Position numbers and translations under genes: made by a program. Source: Octopus sinensis (lineage: Eukaryota). Taken from it: a stretch of 64,000 bases of DNA. Below the pieces are notes generated by a model, which saw only the letters and a program-made list of their open reading frames with translations, was not told the origin of the DNA and ran no database searches. Shown one piece after another: positions 37,813 through 53,231 of this stretch (the first letter of the stretch is position 1; each line of letters begins with the position of its first letter). The stretch is taken from positions 40,808,464-40,872,463 of the forward strand of contig NC_043011.1 of assembly GCF_006345805.1 (NCBI RefSeq), read 5' to 3'.

Positions 37813-37949
37813 ATCTTATCTTATCTACCTATGTATGAATTTATACATACACCACTTTGCCTAGTGTAATGACGATTCTGTCAACTCGCCGCCTTAGAAA
37901 TATCAATAATATTATTCTTTACTACTCCAGGCAAAAGGACGGAAATTTT

Positions 37950-39132
37950 TTAGGGAAAAATTAGATCGCATCCGTCATCGATTACCGTCTGACCGTCGTG
38001 CCCTGTCCCGACCCTACCATCACCAAACTGGAACGCATACTCTTCCGCCTCTTATGGAAAGGAAGCGTTCCGATGGTTAGGCGATCCATTTGCTGTCAAC
38101 ACCCGCTAAATGGACGGCTAGACATGCTGTGGTTGATGATGCGCTGACTTGCGCTGAGACTGCGACACCTCCAGCGCTTCATACACAACGGTGAACAGGT
38201 GTGGTCGCCGTTTGTATGGCGCGCTTTCCCGCAGCTCGTCTCCTTGGCCGAACTGCAGTCAATTAAACAGAGACCGAGGCTAGGCGAATGGCATCACGAG
38301 TGTCGCGTTGCTCTGAAGCAACTCTGCCGTCCGGGACCAAACTTATGCGATTTCATTACAATAAAGGCGTTCTATAGAGGTTTAGTGGAGGGGAGGTGCG
38401 ACTACGTTCTCGAGCAAAATCTGGGCGTCAACGAGGAACACCTGACCTGCCTGTTCAGGATAACTTTCGGGCCGGGACCTATGGACAATCACCAGAGATC
38501 TCTGGCCTGACAGTGCTATCGAGAAGCATTACCTGTTCGGAATAAGCTCTACAGGCACGGTTCGAGAGACACCGGACCGACTTGACCGAGATGCTGACAA
38601 AGCGATGAAATTGTTCTGCGTGCACTCGTGCAATGTCCAACCATTTCGTACCTGTGGGCTTATGCCGAATGGCTTCTGTGACATGTGGGATGAGTCCGCC
38701 TGTCGTCCGAGTCTACCGTGACAGTTGCCCCGCCACATTCCCTCAACCGGGAAGGCAAGGTAGTCTTCATCGTACTAGTAGCCATGGTGAAAGAATGTGT
38801 GTGGTGGACTCGAGCGAAGGGATTAGAGACAAACACTTACCTCTCTGGCCAATCGCTCATCAACTTTTTCAAGTACCACTTGAAAAGGAAGGTGAGAATG
38901 GAGAGGCAGGTTTTGTCTCGTGGAAGTTTCAAAAAAAGGTGGGTGAATGTAGCAAAGATAGCGTGTGTGAGAGACGAAACCACTCTGAGCATGATCCTGT
39001 AAATCGTAAAAGAGAGAGAGAGAGCACTTTGCTCTCATGTGTTTATTTTCCTCCCTGCCTGAGGTTACCGTGGTCTTTTCCGTAGGCATTTTTTCCACAG
39101 ATAAACCTAATCTTGTTTACATTTTTTAAATA
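37950..39132 (+). pseudogene. Tx1/L1-clade ORF2 3' fragment
   Basis: KLERILFRLLWKG...; zf-RVT remnant; homologous to 29660-30490; followed by (TATC)n. Confidence 0.85.
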
Positions 39133-39214
<82 letters not shown>

Positions 39215-39333
39215 GTATACAAACATGCGCGAACACACATATAATATATGAACTTTACACTAGTATTATGTATTGAGTACACTAATTTGAAAATTGTAGA
39301 TATCGATCAACGAAATATAAGAAAGGTATTACA

Positions 39334-39369
<36 letters not shown>

Positions 39370-40434
39370 ATACATACACTCATACACATACATACTTACA
39401 CGCGCAGACTCACATAAAAACAGACATGCACACACACATATGTACACACACACTGTCATAGACACACACGCATGCACAACCACAAACATGTTCTTTCAGT
39501 AAATAAAATGCTGCGTTAAACAGATGGTAAACAATTTTACTTTTTCTTTGAAAGTTCTATTCCCAAACCCTTCAACGTAACTTTCCGAGTGAGAAATCTT
39601 GCAGATTTGTTGGGTTTTTTTTTTCCTGTTACTAATTAAGAAACGATGTTAGACTTGCAGAAAATAAATACCTGTTGTTATGTGTTTCGTTCTGAGCTGC
39701 AAACAGATCTCAGCTGAACGTTTGGAAATAATAAGGCAAGATAATTAATCGGAAAACAAATATACGCACAGTGAGAAAAGGCAGAATTTTTCTTTCACAA
39801 GAAAACAAAATTCTATTTGGATTTTCGAAAAACAAAATGGACGACAGCGAAAAAGGGTAAATTAATTTTAATTATATTACGCTTAGGAAGGAAAGAAGGC
39901 TTCGCTCTAAAATGTATGACATGACTTGGCACTTTTCTTTAAGTACTATTTTTATATATTCATTTAATTTTTATTAGTCTTTCAACAAAGTCTTACTGTT
40001 GTTCTTAAATTCTTCGACTTGTAAAGTTTTTCGTTGTTATTCTTTCCTATTTTTTCCACTTTGTTTTCGATTTCTTTCCCTTCTTATCCCAATACGATTC
40101 GCTTAACAAATAACAAGTTTTCCTACATAATACAATTTCCATAGGAATTAATAATTTTCTTTTTTCCTTTTTCTTTCTTTTTTTTTTTTCTTCTTCGTGT
40201 TTTCAAAAAATATTATTCCTGAAAGCAAAATGAGTATCAAGATCTTTTAAGTAATAGTTTTGAAAAATTATCCAAACGTCACAGACATACACACACACGC
40301 ACACATACACACACTGATGTATATGCATGTGCGTGTATATCTGTATATATGTTATGCATATGTCTGCATATGTATCTATACATATATAGGTGTGTGTGTG
40401 TTTGTGTGTAGAGAAGGAGAGAGAGAGAGAGAGT

Positions 40435-40466
<32 letters not shown>

Positions 40467-40707
40467 GAGTGTTATTAAAGAAGAATAAAATAATTAAAAA
40501 CATGCTGAGAGAAACTTTGAAAAGTACAAAGAGTACAGGTGATGTTTATAATGAGATATAATACGGTGTGTGTGTGTGTGTATATATATATGAGTGTGTG
40601 TGTGTGAGTGTGAGCATGTATGTGTGTGTCTATAAATGTATGTATGTATGTATGTATGCATGTATGTATGTATGTATGTATGTATATATGCATGTATGTA
40701 TGTATGA

Positions 40708-40738
<31 letters not shown>

Positions 40739-41020
40739 GTTGTTGTTTTCTCCCAATGAATCTGATTGATTTACTCATTTAATAAAATGCTGAATTATTT
40801 CTTCTACTTTCGGGCGAGCCGCACACTTGTTTATTAAAGCTTGTTTACTCATCATTATTGGATTAACGGCAACAACAACTGCAACAACAACAACAACAAC
40901 AACAAAAACAATAATGATGATGATGATGATGATGATGATAATAATAATAATAATAATATAATAATATAATAATAATAACGATATAATATAATAATGATAA
41001 TAATAATAATAATAACAACG

Positions 41021-41068
<48 letters not shown>

Positions 41069-41124
41069 TAATAATAATAATAACGATATATAATAATAAT
41101 ATAATAATAATAATAATAACAACG

Positions 41125-41157
<33 letters not shown>

Positions 41158-41225
41158 TAATAATAATAATGATAATAATAATAATAATAATAATAACAAT
41201 AATAATAATAATAATAATAACAACA

Positions 41226-43689
41226 ACTGAAGAGGTCACCCAGGCACTGCAAAGACTAAGCAACTGGAAGGCACCTGGACATGACAAGATCCCCAAATTC
41301 TGGTTGAAATATCTAACAGGAATGCACAAAAAGCTAGCTGAGAACTTTAACAACATACTAGCAGAGCCAGAGACAATGGCTCACGAAGGGGAAAACCATC
41401 TTAATTCCCAAATCAAATGAGACAGCAAAACCAGAAAACTACAGACCAATAACCTGTCTCCCTACAATGTACAAGGCATTTACTGCAGTGATATCGCAAA
41501 GGTTGAACAAGCACCTGGACAAAAACAACTTGTTTCCAGAAGAGCAGAAAGGATGCCGCAAAGGCTCATATGGCTGTAAAGATCAACTAATGATTAATAA
41601 AGCCATAACTGAAGACAGCCACAGAAAGAAGAAAGGCCTCACTACGGCCTGGATCGACTACAAAAAGGCGTTTGATAGCATCCCCCACACATGGATCCTC
41701 GAAACACTAGCCATCAACAAAGTAGCACCAACAATTATAAAATTCATAGGGCACTCTATGAATAAATGGCGAACAGTGCTACAGCTCCAAACAAAAGAGA
41801 GACTCATAAAAACCAAAGCCATCCCCATTAGAAGAGGAATATCCCAGGGAGAGACGCTCTCTCCACTCCTTTACTGCTTGGCACTGACACCTCTACCTGA
41901 CATGCTAAATAGAACTGGATGCGGATATAAATATTACGGCAAAACAATCAGCCACCCTTTATATATGGATGACCTAAAACTATACGCTACAAATGATAAA
42001 CACCTGGAAAAACTACTACAGGCAGTACATGGATTTACCAAACAAATAGATATGAAATTTGGATTAGAAAAATGTGCCAAAGCAACCCTGAAAAGAGGAA
42101 AAGTAATTAAGAGTTGCAACATTACACCAATGAAATAAAAGAATTAGACCAAAGCCAGACTTACAAATATTTAGGAATCCATGAACTAGATATGATATAA
42201 CACACACAAATGAAAGAGAAAATAAAGACAGAATAATATAGACGAGTTAGATCAATAATAAAAACAGAGCTCAATGGTAAAAACAAGATAATAGGTATTA
42301 ACACTTTAGCCGTCCCAGTTATAAGTTGCAGTTACAATATCCTTAACTGGACACTAAATGAACTAACCAAAATAGACAGGAAAACAAGAAAAATAATGAC
42401 AGGATCTAGGATGCACCACCCAAAATCTGACATAGAAAGACTATATATACAACGTATAGAAGGTGGTAGAGGCCTTATGCAGCTGGAAAAATACTATAAA
42501 ATAACCACCATAGGACGGCAAAAATATTTACTTCAGAAGGAAGGAAAACTGATACAAATAGCGGCAAAACACGAGCAGAACAAAAAACTGTTCTCAGTAT
42601 TTTAGGAAGCTGACAAATACAAACAAGAAATCATACCACCTAATAAATATGAAGAAGAAGAAGAAGAAGAAGAAGAAGAAGAAGAAGAAGAAGAAGAAGA
42701 AGAAAAAAGAAGAAGAAGAAAAGAAGAAGAAGAAGAAAGAAGAAGAAGAAGAAGAAGAAACAACAAAAGCTATAAAACAAAGGAAATCCAAACTAAAAAT
42801 AGAACAGCAACGAACCATGATAAAACGATGGCAAGAAAAGCCCCTTCATGGTAAATACTGGACTAATCTAAACGCAAAAGAAATAGACAAAGAAAAATCC
42901 GAGCAATGGTTGAGAAGCTCAGGACTCAAAGCAGAGACAGAGGGATTTTTAATTGCAGCACAAGACCAAAGCCTCCCCACCAGAAATTACCAAAAACATG
43001 TAATGAAAAGAAATATAACAAGTAGCTGCAGAATACGTGGAGATGGACAAGAAACAATAAATCATATCATCTCTGGCTGCCCAGTCCTGGCTAAGAAGGA
43101 ATATATTCACAGACATGACAGAGTTGGAACCTACATACACTGGAAGCTATGCCAACATTATGGAATAACAACAGAAAAAAGATGGTATAGGCACACACCA
43201 GAAAAGGTCACAGAAAACGAGAAAGCAACCATACTCTGGGATATGCCGATACACACAGATAGAGAAATTAAAGCTAACAGACCAGATATAGTTGTCAGAG
43301 ATCATGAAGAAAAAAATGCTTTCTGATTGATGTATCAATACCGGCAGATGACAACGTTTCTCTAAAAGAAATGGAGAAACTTTCGAAATACAAAGACCTG
43401 GAAATAGAGGTAACCAGAATGTGGAATCTAAAAACAGAAACAATTCCTATCATAGTAGGTGCATTAGGCATGATAAAAAAATATTCAGACAAATACATAA
43501 CAAAAACACCAGGACTTACAAACACGTATAACATACAGAAAATTGCACTAGTAGGCACTGCCCACATCCTACGCAGAACACTTTCCATACAATAACCATC
43601 AGAGCATCACAACAAATCACAGTACATACCTAAGGCACACATAGCTGCGCTCGGTAGTGAAGTGAAAGCACGCTATAAAAATAAAATTA

Positions 43690-43693
<4 letters not shown>
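41226..43693 (+). pseudogene. R4/Dong-clade non-LTR retrotransposon (RT, CCHC, RLE), 5' truncated and disabled
   Basis: KAPGHD, YRPITCL, IDYKKAFDSIPH, QGETLSP, YMDDLKL, CRI...ETINHIISGC, RHDRV, RPDIVV..., IDVSIP, EKLSKYKDL; stops and frameshifts; (TAA)n on both flanks. Confidence 0.92.
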
Positions 43694-43750
<57 letters not shown>

Positions 43751-44699
43751 TTAATAATAATAATAATAATAATAAAAATAATGTGTCAGAAAAGACACTC
43801 AGCAGGAAATGGAAACAAAATTGAAAGAAGAGAAAATCATAAAGTTGAAGATTATAATAATAATGATGAGCGTTATTGTTTTTTTATGTTTTCTTTATTT
43901 TTATCGTCGCCGGTTGTCAGCTGGTTGCCGTCCATTAACGTTGGCATCTTTGGCTTTAGCTTCGTTTGTTATCACTTACGTTATTTGACCGTCTATGTGT
44001 GTTTGACATTGGTCATTCTCATGATAATTATCACCACCACCAAAACCATCACCATCACCACCACCACCACCATCATCATCATCCTCACCATCACCAACAT
44101 CATCATTGTCCAAATCTTCATCGCAACCGCCATTGTCATCATCCTGGCCGCCGCTGCAATTGTCATCGTCATCATCATCATCCTCATCGTCGTCATCATC
44201 ATCATCATTATCATCTTCATCATCATCATCAACATCCCCCTACCATCACCACAACGCCTGAGGCATGCATTATCAGTACCTGCTTGGTTATTCTTTCCCT
44301 GGTAGTTATCCCCACCATGTCCCTCCTCCCCCTCCTCTTCCTCCACAATCTAACCAATACAGGTTCACAAGCGGTGGTGGAGGTTATACACACACACACG
44401 ACAAGCTTCTTTTCAGTTTCCCTGGTTTGGTCGTTTGGTCGGCCCGAGGTTATAGTAGAACACACTAACCAAAGGTGCCACGCAGTGGGACTAAACTCAG
44501 TGGCACGAACTGCATCTTCAAACGAGATAGTCATCATGGTAGCAAATTTTGTTTAAATGTAGGGCAAATCGATCTGAGTCGATTTGAAGAAAAAGAAGAA
44601 AGAGGAGGAAGAGGAGGAGAAGAAGAAAAAGAAGAATAACAACAGCAACAATAACGACGGCGACAACAACATAGAAAACAACTTTAGCAACAGCGACAG

Positions 44700-44885
44700 T
44701 GGAGACGCAATGTTCCAGTGGTTAGGGCAGCGGATTCGCGGTCGTAAGAACGCGGTTTCGATTCCTAGACCGGGCATTGTGAGTATTTATTGAACAAAGA
44801 AACACCTAAGCTCCACGAGACTCCGGCGGGGGTGGTGTTGGACCCCGTTGTACTCTTTCACTACAACTTTCTCTCACTCTTTCTT
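44700..44885 (+). mobile_element. SINE type C, 5' part
   Basis: CAGTGGTTAGGGCAGCGGATTCGCGGTCG..GGTTTCGATTCC head; AAGCTCCACGAG body. Confidence 0.8.
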
Positions 44886-45829
44886 TCTACTTCCGCCACA
44901 AAGCAGAGGAACCATGGTGTAACCCACTATGGTGTGGTGAACTTTCAGACCCTAGTCTAAATTGCGAATCCTCTGTACCCCAGGATGGTTCAGCTCTCCA
45001 CCCGTTAAAAGCCACCGTTTACAGAATGGGGATAACAACGTAGGTTTCGCGCCCGTGCAACCGCCAGTCTATCGCGTGTGGTGGGTGGATTTTCAAGTTG
45101 CCACACGCATTCTTAGTAGCTTAGAGTAGGCTCGAATTAGAGATTATTCTTTGTGGTTAATGGCGTGAATCCTGATTGGAAGAAGAAGAAGAAGAAGAAG
45201 AAGAAGAAGAAGAAGAAGAAGAAGAAGAAGAAGAAGAAAAAGAAGACACCAGCGACAACAGTAAAGGCAACTACGACTCAAGTACGTCCTTATGTTAAGG
45301 AGGTGTCGGGTAGGGAAGTATCTGCTTTCTACAAATGGCAAGATTGAAACAGCCGTCTTTTATCTTGTATTTGTCTTAGTCTTTGGATTGCGGCCATGCT
45401 GGTGCATTGCGTTGAAGTGTTTAGTAAATAAAAAAAAAATGGCCCCAGTTCTTATTTTCAAAAGCGATGCTAGAGGACAAACACTGGCTCAAAGATATTG
45501 TATATCCACGACTAAATTAGCAATGGTCCTTTATAATTTACTAAAATAGATTTTAATATGAGATATGGCTGCTATTTCCAGCATAGCAAGCATTCACGTT
45601 GTCATGTTTATTTTGGTTTGTTCGCGTGTTAAGAAGGAGGAGGGATTTCAACCGTGTTTCGTGGTCTGCTACCACAACAGCTCCTTTATTGGATCCAGTT
45701 AGCTCAAGACATCATCAGGAGGAACTACGTCTGGTTTCGGCCCCTACTCCTCAAAAGATTTGTAAGATCTACGTTGCACCGATGATTACAGAGATTTTTT
45801 TATCACTTACTTGCTCTAGTCATTGGGCT

Positions 45830-46010
45830 GCGACCATGCTGGCGCGTCGCTTTGATGTGTTTTAGTTGAATAAATCGCTCTCCATTAGTACTTGTTTTTT
45901 AAAAAAAGTCTGGTACATATTCTATCGGTCTCTTTTACAGAACCGTTAAGTTATGGGGACATAAAAGAACCAGCACTGGTTATCAAGCGGTGGGTGGATG
46001 ACAAACACCG
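45830..46010 (-). mobile_element. SINE type B, 3' half
   Basis: GCGACCATGCTGG...TATTCTATCGGTCTC...ATCAAGCGGTGG. Confidence 0.7.
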
Positions 46011-46292
46011 ATTGGAGCACTCACGCGCGCACGCACGCACACACACACACACACACAGAAAAACAACCACACACAGACACAGATACATACACACCCGCCC
46101 CGCACACACCTCACGCAGACACGCACATACACACACACACACACACATACACACGTAGAGAATCGCAACCACACACAGACAGAAACACAGACATACAGAA
46201 ACATCACCACACGCAAACACGTGCACACACACATGCACACATGTATATTTACACACACACATATATATATATATATATTTATATATCTATCT

Positions 46293-46399
<107 letters not shown>

Positions 46400-47772
46400 C
46401 GGCGGGTTTCTTGTAATTTCGGCCGAAATTCATTCAAAGGTGCCGCGCTGGGAGACTGAATCTTAAATCACGTGATTATAAAAAGGAGCATTCTTGCTAT
46501 TAAATGATAATTTATTATTATTTAATAATAATATTTTAATATAGCTTTGACCACGCCTTGTTTCTTGTCTTTCCCTTTTATTTCATTTTGAGACATGCTA
46601 TATATAGGCCTATTTTATCCAATGGATCCTGGATGTTACTACAGGAAGTTTAGATATGACAGCTATGTGTCTGCAATTTTCAGCAGACCAATCAACCACG
46701 AAAGTAAATTCACATTGGTTCATTCGTGTGCCTAAAAGAAATACAAATATGTAAGTTCTACCAGAGCCATATTGTAAAATTTCTTCGGTAACCGCACTCC
46801 CCCCCCCATCCACTTTTATTTTCCCATTCTTTAATAACTGTTACGGTATATTATATCGGATATTAAGAACGGAAAAGCTAGGAGACATTCAACCACCGCG
46901 TGAAACGTACCGCCATTTTCTTTTTAATATCTTTTTAATGTTTATTACATTGTACTTAATATAATTAAATAACTCGGTATTACGTGTTATAATTTATCAT
47001 TTAATACTATTTGAATTAACTATACAGCGAAAATAAATTGAATTGAATATTGGTAATCCATTAAGCTGAGCACTACAGTAACAGCATCAACAACAGCAAT
47101 AACAGTGATAAGCACTAAGTACTATGATAACAATGTCGAGAGGAATAGCAACATGAAATTACTGCATTATTATGTAAAGTCAGCGAAGATGTCTTTAAGC
47201 CGTCGTCTGACATGCTTGACGTCGTAGCCAAACCTCTTTTAGATAACGCACTGCTGCTTTCAGTGTAGAAGGATACGGTTGGAAGGTCTTTGATGTTAAA
47301 TTTGATCGATTAGTGCTAACGTGATGCTAAACTAAAAGGACACACACACACACACACACACACCACACACACACACACAGAAAAAAACAACTTCGACAGT
47401 AATTGGATAGTGTTGTTATGTTAAGGCGCATGCATGGCTGCGTGGTTTAAGAAGCATGCTTTGCAACCACATGGTTCCGCGTTCAGTTTCACGTCACATT
47501 ATCTTGTGAACGAATTTGATAAAGGAAACGGTGTGGAAGCCCGTTTGTATGAGTACATATGTAACAAAAATACATATATTTATATATATAAATATATTTA
47601 TATATATTTACAATGTCATTATATCTATATGCATAGATACATACAAACATACATACATACATACATGCATACATACATACATACATACATACATACATAC
47701 ATACATTCACACATACATACATACATACATACATACATACATACATACATACATACATACATACATACATAC

Positions 47773-48050
47773 ATGGCAGCGAGCTGGCAGAACCGTTAGC
47801 ACGCCGGGCGGAATGCTTAGCGGTGTTACGTCTGCCGTTGCATTCTGAGTTCAAGTTCCGCTGAGGTCGACTTTGCCTTTCATCCTTTCGGGGTCGATTA
47901 AGTAAGTACTAGTTACGCACTGGGGTCGATGCAATCGACTTAATCCCTTTGTCTGTCCTTGTTTGTCCTCTCTGTGTACTAGGTATATAACAGGCTAACC
48001 CTTTCCCCACCCCGCAGTTGCTGGCCTTGTGCCCAAAATTCGGAACCAAG
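47773..48050 (+). mobile_element. SINE type A with mixed tail
   Basis: GGCAGCGAGCTGGCAGAACCGTTAGCACG head; tail 1 then tail-2-like GGCCTTGTGCC. Confidence 0.8.
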
Positions 48051-48124
48051 GTCAAGATTGCGACCTAATCCCGCAGAAATCAGATTTGTCTTTCCTGTTT
48101 AAAGTTCCAGGACTAGGAATAAAT

Positions 48125-49243
48125 TCGTCTTCTTCTTCTTCTTCTCTTTTTCCCCTGCTATGCCATTCCCTCCATCGTCGTAGGTGTCGTCATCGTGCTG
48201 CACCTCCCCTCCTCCTCTTTCTCCACTTCCTCCTCTTTCTCCTCTTCCTTCTCTTCCTCCTCTTTCTCCTCTTCCTCCTCTTTCTCCTCTTCCTCCTCTT
48301 CCTCCTCTTTCTCCTCTTTCTCTTCCTTCTCTTCCTCCTCTTTCTCCTCTTTCTCTTCCTCCTCTTTCTCCTCCTCCTCCTCTCCTCCTCCTCTTTCTCT
48401 TCCTTCCCCTCCTCTTTTCCTCCTACTCTAGGGTGGTGGATTGGGAGAATCATTATTCGAATCACCACTGCCACCACCACCGCCGCCTACACCAGCACCA
48501 GCACCACCAGCAGCAGTAGTAGCAGCACCACCACCACCACCACCTCCACCACCACTACTACCGCCATTGCCATCGCTACTGCCGCCACTACCACTACCAC
48601 CGCCACCACCACCACCGCCACTACCACTACCGCCGCCATTGCTATAGACACCACCACTGCCATCACCGCCATCACCACCATTACCGCCACCGCCACCGTC
48701 TCCACCTTCACCATAACTGCAATACCGTTGTTCAATGGCAAAAAAGCAATAACTATGGAAAGGCAACACAATGTTCTGTCATTTTGTAATCAGAACTATA
48801 ACAAAGAATAGAGAATACAGCCAGGAGTTGGATGGATGGATGGTTGGATGGATGGTGGTGTTTCTGTCACTGGTGGCTGTGGTGTTGGTGATGTACTTAT
48901 GCAAAAATGTACCCCTGAAGGCCAAAGACGAACAATCATGTTGGCAATGATGCATGTATCGTGATGACGGCAGCGGTAGAATGATGTTGCACGTGAGTGT
49001 TAGTGAGTGTTTCCAATATGATGGCGGATGGTGATGATGATGATGATGAGGAGGAGGAGGATGATGGTGACGAGACGGAAGAGGAAGTGAGGAAGGAGGG
49101 AGAAGATGTTGATGATGATGATGATGATGGTAATGCTAAAACTGACAGTGGTGGCGGTGGTGTTGATGATGCTGATGATGGTGATGATGGTGATGACGAA
49201 GATGAGGATGATGGTGACGAAACGGAAGTGAAAGTAGATGATA

Positions 49244-49285
<42 letters not shown>

Positions 49286-49772
49286 GGTGATGATGATGAT
49301 GATGATGTGGTGATGATGACGATGATGAGGATGATAGTTACGAGTCTGAAGGGGAAGTGAAGAAGAATGAAGAACATGGTAGTGTTGATGATGTTGATGA
49401 TGATGATGAAGAAGGATGATGATGATGATGATGGTGATGATGATTATGATGATGATGATGATGATGATGATAATGATGATGATGATGATGATGATGAGGA
49501 TGATGATGATGATGATGATGAGGATGATGATGATGAAGGTAATACTGGATTCAATTTTGAGTTGAAGACCAGCAAGTTCGGGAGAAGTGGCTAAATCGAT
49601 GACATCGACCCTCAGTCGAAAAGATTGAAGGCAAAGTCGACCTCGGTGGAATTTGGACTCAGAACGTGAAGCCGAACGAAATGCCGCCAAGCATTCCGTG
49701 AGGGTGAAGATGATATTGAGAAGAAGAAAGGTGACTGACAACGAGGTCAACGATGCCGAGGACTTAGATGAC

Positions 49773-49820
<48 letters not shown>

Positions 49821-49879
49821 GATGATGACGATGATGACGATGATGATGGTGATGATGATGATGATGACGATGATGATGG

Positions 49880-49919
<40 letters not shown>

Positions 49920-50120
49920 AACAAAGAACGCGACAACAGCGACGATAACTGAAGTACTGACGCTGGAAATTTTGTGAAGATGTGATTTTGATTGATGGTT
50001 ATGATGATGATGATGATGATGACGATGATGATGCTGATACTAATGGCGATGATGACTAGGAGGAGGAAGGGGGAGAAGAGGAGGAAAAAAGGATAATGTT
50101 GATGATTATGATGATGACAA
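48125..50120. repeat. About 2-kb compound trinucleotide block: (TCC/TCT)n, (CCA)n, (GGAT)n, (GAT/GAG)n, with a SINE type A at about 49555-49700 (-)
   Basis: Direct reading; long ORFs here are low-complexity translations. Confidence 0.9.
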
Positions 50121-50549
50121 TGACCACGGTAGTAGGGATAATTGGGAAAAGAAAGAAAGGAAAAGCAACAGAAATCGATAGAAGTATCTTTTGATCGATA
50201 CCTATCTCAAAAATATCCTGATCAGCCTTGTTAACGTCAAAGTCTGTCTTCGATTCTTTAATTTTCTCTCACTGTCCCCCACTCCCCTCCCTGTTTCACA
50301 CCAATTTTACTTTCTTACATTTGCTCCACGTCTCCCCTCCATGTTTGTCTATTGTGTTTGCTTTTATAGAGTTAACACTATAGTGTTAACAAGCTCCAAC
50401 ACATGCGCAGTGGTCTCTCTCTCTCTCTTTTGTTCTCCCTCTCTTTCCCTCTCTCTCTATCTGTCTGTCTGTCTGTCTCCTAATCCATCCATTTATCTCT
50501 CTCTTTCTCTCTCTACCTACCTAGCTATCTGTCTGTCTGCCTATCTACA

Positions 50550-50609
<60 letters not shown>

Positions 50610-50641
50610 CATCTATCAATTTATTTCCCAATCAATCCATT

Positions 50642-50679
<38 letters not shown>

Positions 50680-50739
50680 TCTCTGTGTCTATCTATCTGT
50701 CTATCTATCTATGTATCTATACAGCTGTATGTGTGAGTA

Positions 50740-50789
<50 letters not shown>

Positions 50790-50854
50790 TGCGCATGTAT
50801 GCATTTCTTTACGCAGATATTATATATATATAATACACATGCATATATATATAG

Positions 50855-50891
<37 letters not shown>

Positions 50892-50918
50892 ATATATACA
50901 ATATATATATATATGTCC

Positions 50919-50968
<50 letters not shown>

Positions 50969-51513
50969 GTGTTAACGAGCTTATATATATTCCTACAAAG
51001 CGCTCCTCAAAGATTCGTATCAATGAGATGTGTGCAATTTTGTGCATGAATATGTATATATGTGGATATAAAATTAAAGTGACGCCATGCAATGAGTGAA
51101 CGTCGCGTGTATTAGCTAAGCGTGCGAGCGCTGCGGTGTGCATACACACACGTACCACATCACACATACATAGAATCTCACACATTTTAATGCATCTAGC
51201 TCCATTATATATATGTGTGTATGCGTGTGTGTATAAATGTGTATGTGCGTATATGTAAATGTATATATATATATATATACATGTATATATATATAATATA
51301 TAATTATGTATGCATAACGTGGGGATAAGCAAATTAGACGGATCAGTATATGGAATATATGAAATGCATGAAATACAAAATATGTATGTATGTACACATA
51401 GAAAAGGCTCCAACTTACACACAATACAAATGATATAGAGAATTAAAGGGGTGGAAGAAGGTTATTACAAATCCAAATTTATATATATACAAACATACAT
51501 ATCTATCTATCTA

Positions 51514-51616
<103 letters not shown>

Positions 51617-52026
51617 AGTCTGTCTGTTTATCTATCTGTCTATCTATCTGTCTGTCTATGAATCTGTCTGTCTATCTATCTATATCTATCATTCTATCTA
51701 TCTATCTATATCTATATATACACAAATACAAATTCATACATGTTTGTACAATTAACCTCAAATACATATGTAACTATATATCCGTATGTATATGTCTATG
51801 TATACATACATTTATGCATATGTATTTGTATGTATCTGTATATATATATATTATATATATATACATAAATCTGTGTGTGAATGTGTATATATAGCTACGT
51901 GTATATATATATATTTCCATCTATCTATACGTGTCTAAGTATTTTCATGTGTATGCAAGTCTAAATGATTTGTGGTATACCAAAGTAGATTATTATATTA
52001 AATTATATTATGCTCAGGCAGCATTT

Positions 52027-52097
<71 letters not shown>

Positions 52098-52637
52098 TAT
52101 ATTGTGTGTGTGTGTATGTGTGTATATTTAACACTAAATTTCCAGCGTGTCTGATCTCTGATGTAACTCACATCACATCATAAACCTGTAATTGTGAATA
52201 GCTATGCTGTGAATGTCGCCTGGTTGCACCCTTTGAACTTCTATCAGATCATTCCCGTTCTCTAATTTCCTTCGACCAATCATCTTGTACAAGTTATGTA
52301 GCTTCAGGCTAGAGGGATTATTCAACAAGCTCTTGGACAGAGTCACGTGCTTATAAACCAATAATAGCGTAGGTACGTATGTACGTACGCATGTATATAT
52401 TTATGTATATATTTATGCATGTATGTATGTACGTGTGTGTACGTGTGTGTGGGTGTGCATGTATGTATGATGTATATATGTGTGTGTATGTATGTATATA
52501 TATATATATATATGTGTGTATATATATGTATACAAACTTATATGCATATATACGTGTGGTGTATCATACATACTCACATGTATATATATATATATGCGTA
52601 TATATGTACACAGACATGCATATACACACATACACAC

Positions 52638-52699
<62 letters not shown>

Positions 52700-52862
52700 A
52701 TATATATAATATATATATATGTGTGTGTGTGTGTGTGTAATCCTGTTAGTAAGTCTTGAAGAAGTCTTTTAGACCAAGATCTTGTGTAATTAACATTGGA
52801 AGAATGTTACAGAGTGTGTATTAATGCCTTCAGAGAGAGAACACTTTATATATATATATATT

Positions 52863-52910
<48 letters not shown>

Positions 52911-53193
52911 CGTATATTTGCCATTTAAATATGGCTAACCCCTAAGGGTAGATGCTACTGTAGTTTGTAGCCCCAGGAGGACACCTCCTCCAGCTGGCTA
53001 TAGACACACTTTCTGTGCCCTATCAGTATTTGCAAAGGGTAGTCATCCTTCCCGTCTTCACTTATGATACATACATATATAATATATATATTATATATAT
53101 ATATATAAGATATATGTACATACATACATATATATATATATATAATATATATATGTACATACAACATATATATATATAGATATATTGTACATA

Positions 53194-53231
<38 letters not shown>

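Noticed and set aside
45640-45760. Two minus-strand GAAAC motifs with nearby hairpins
   Set aside because: Cores are incomplete and there is no stem I; compatible with chance.
48029-49952. Acidic, basic or proline-rich protein exons
   Set aside because: Open in several frames and both strands, interrupted by a SINE, and explained by trinucleotide repeats.
52173-52361. 62-aa non-repetitive ORF on the minus strand
   Set aside because: No recognisable domain or convincing splice signals; length is within chance expectation.
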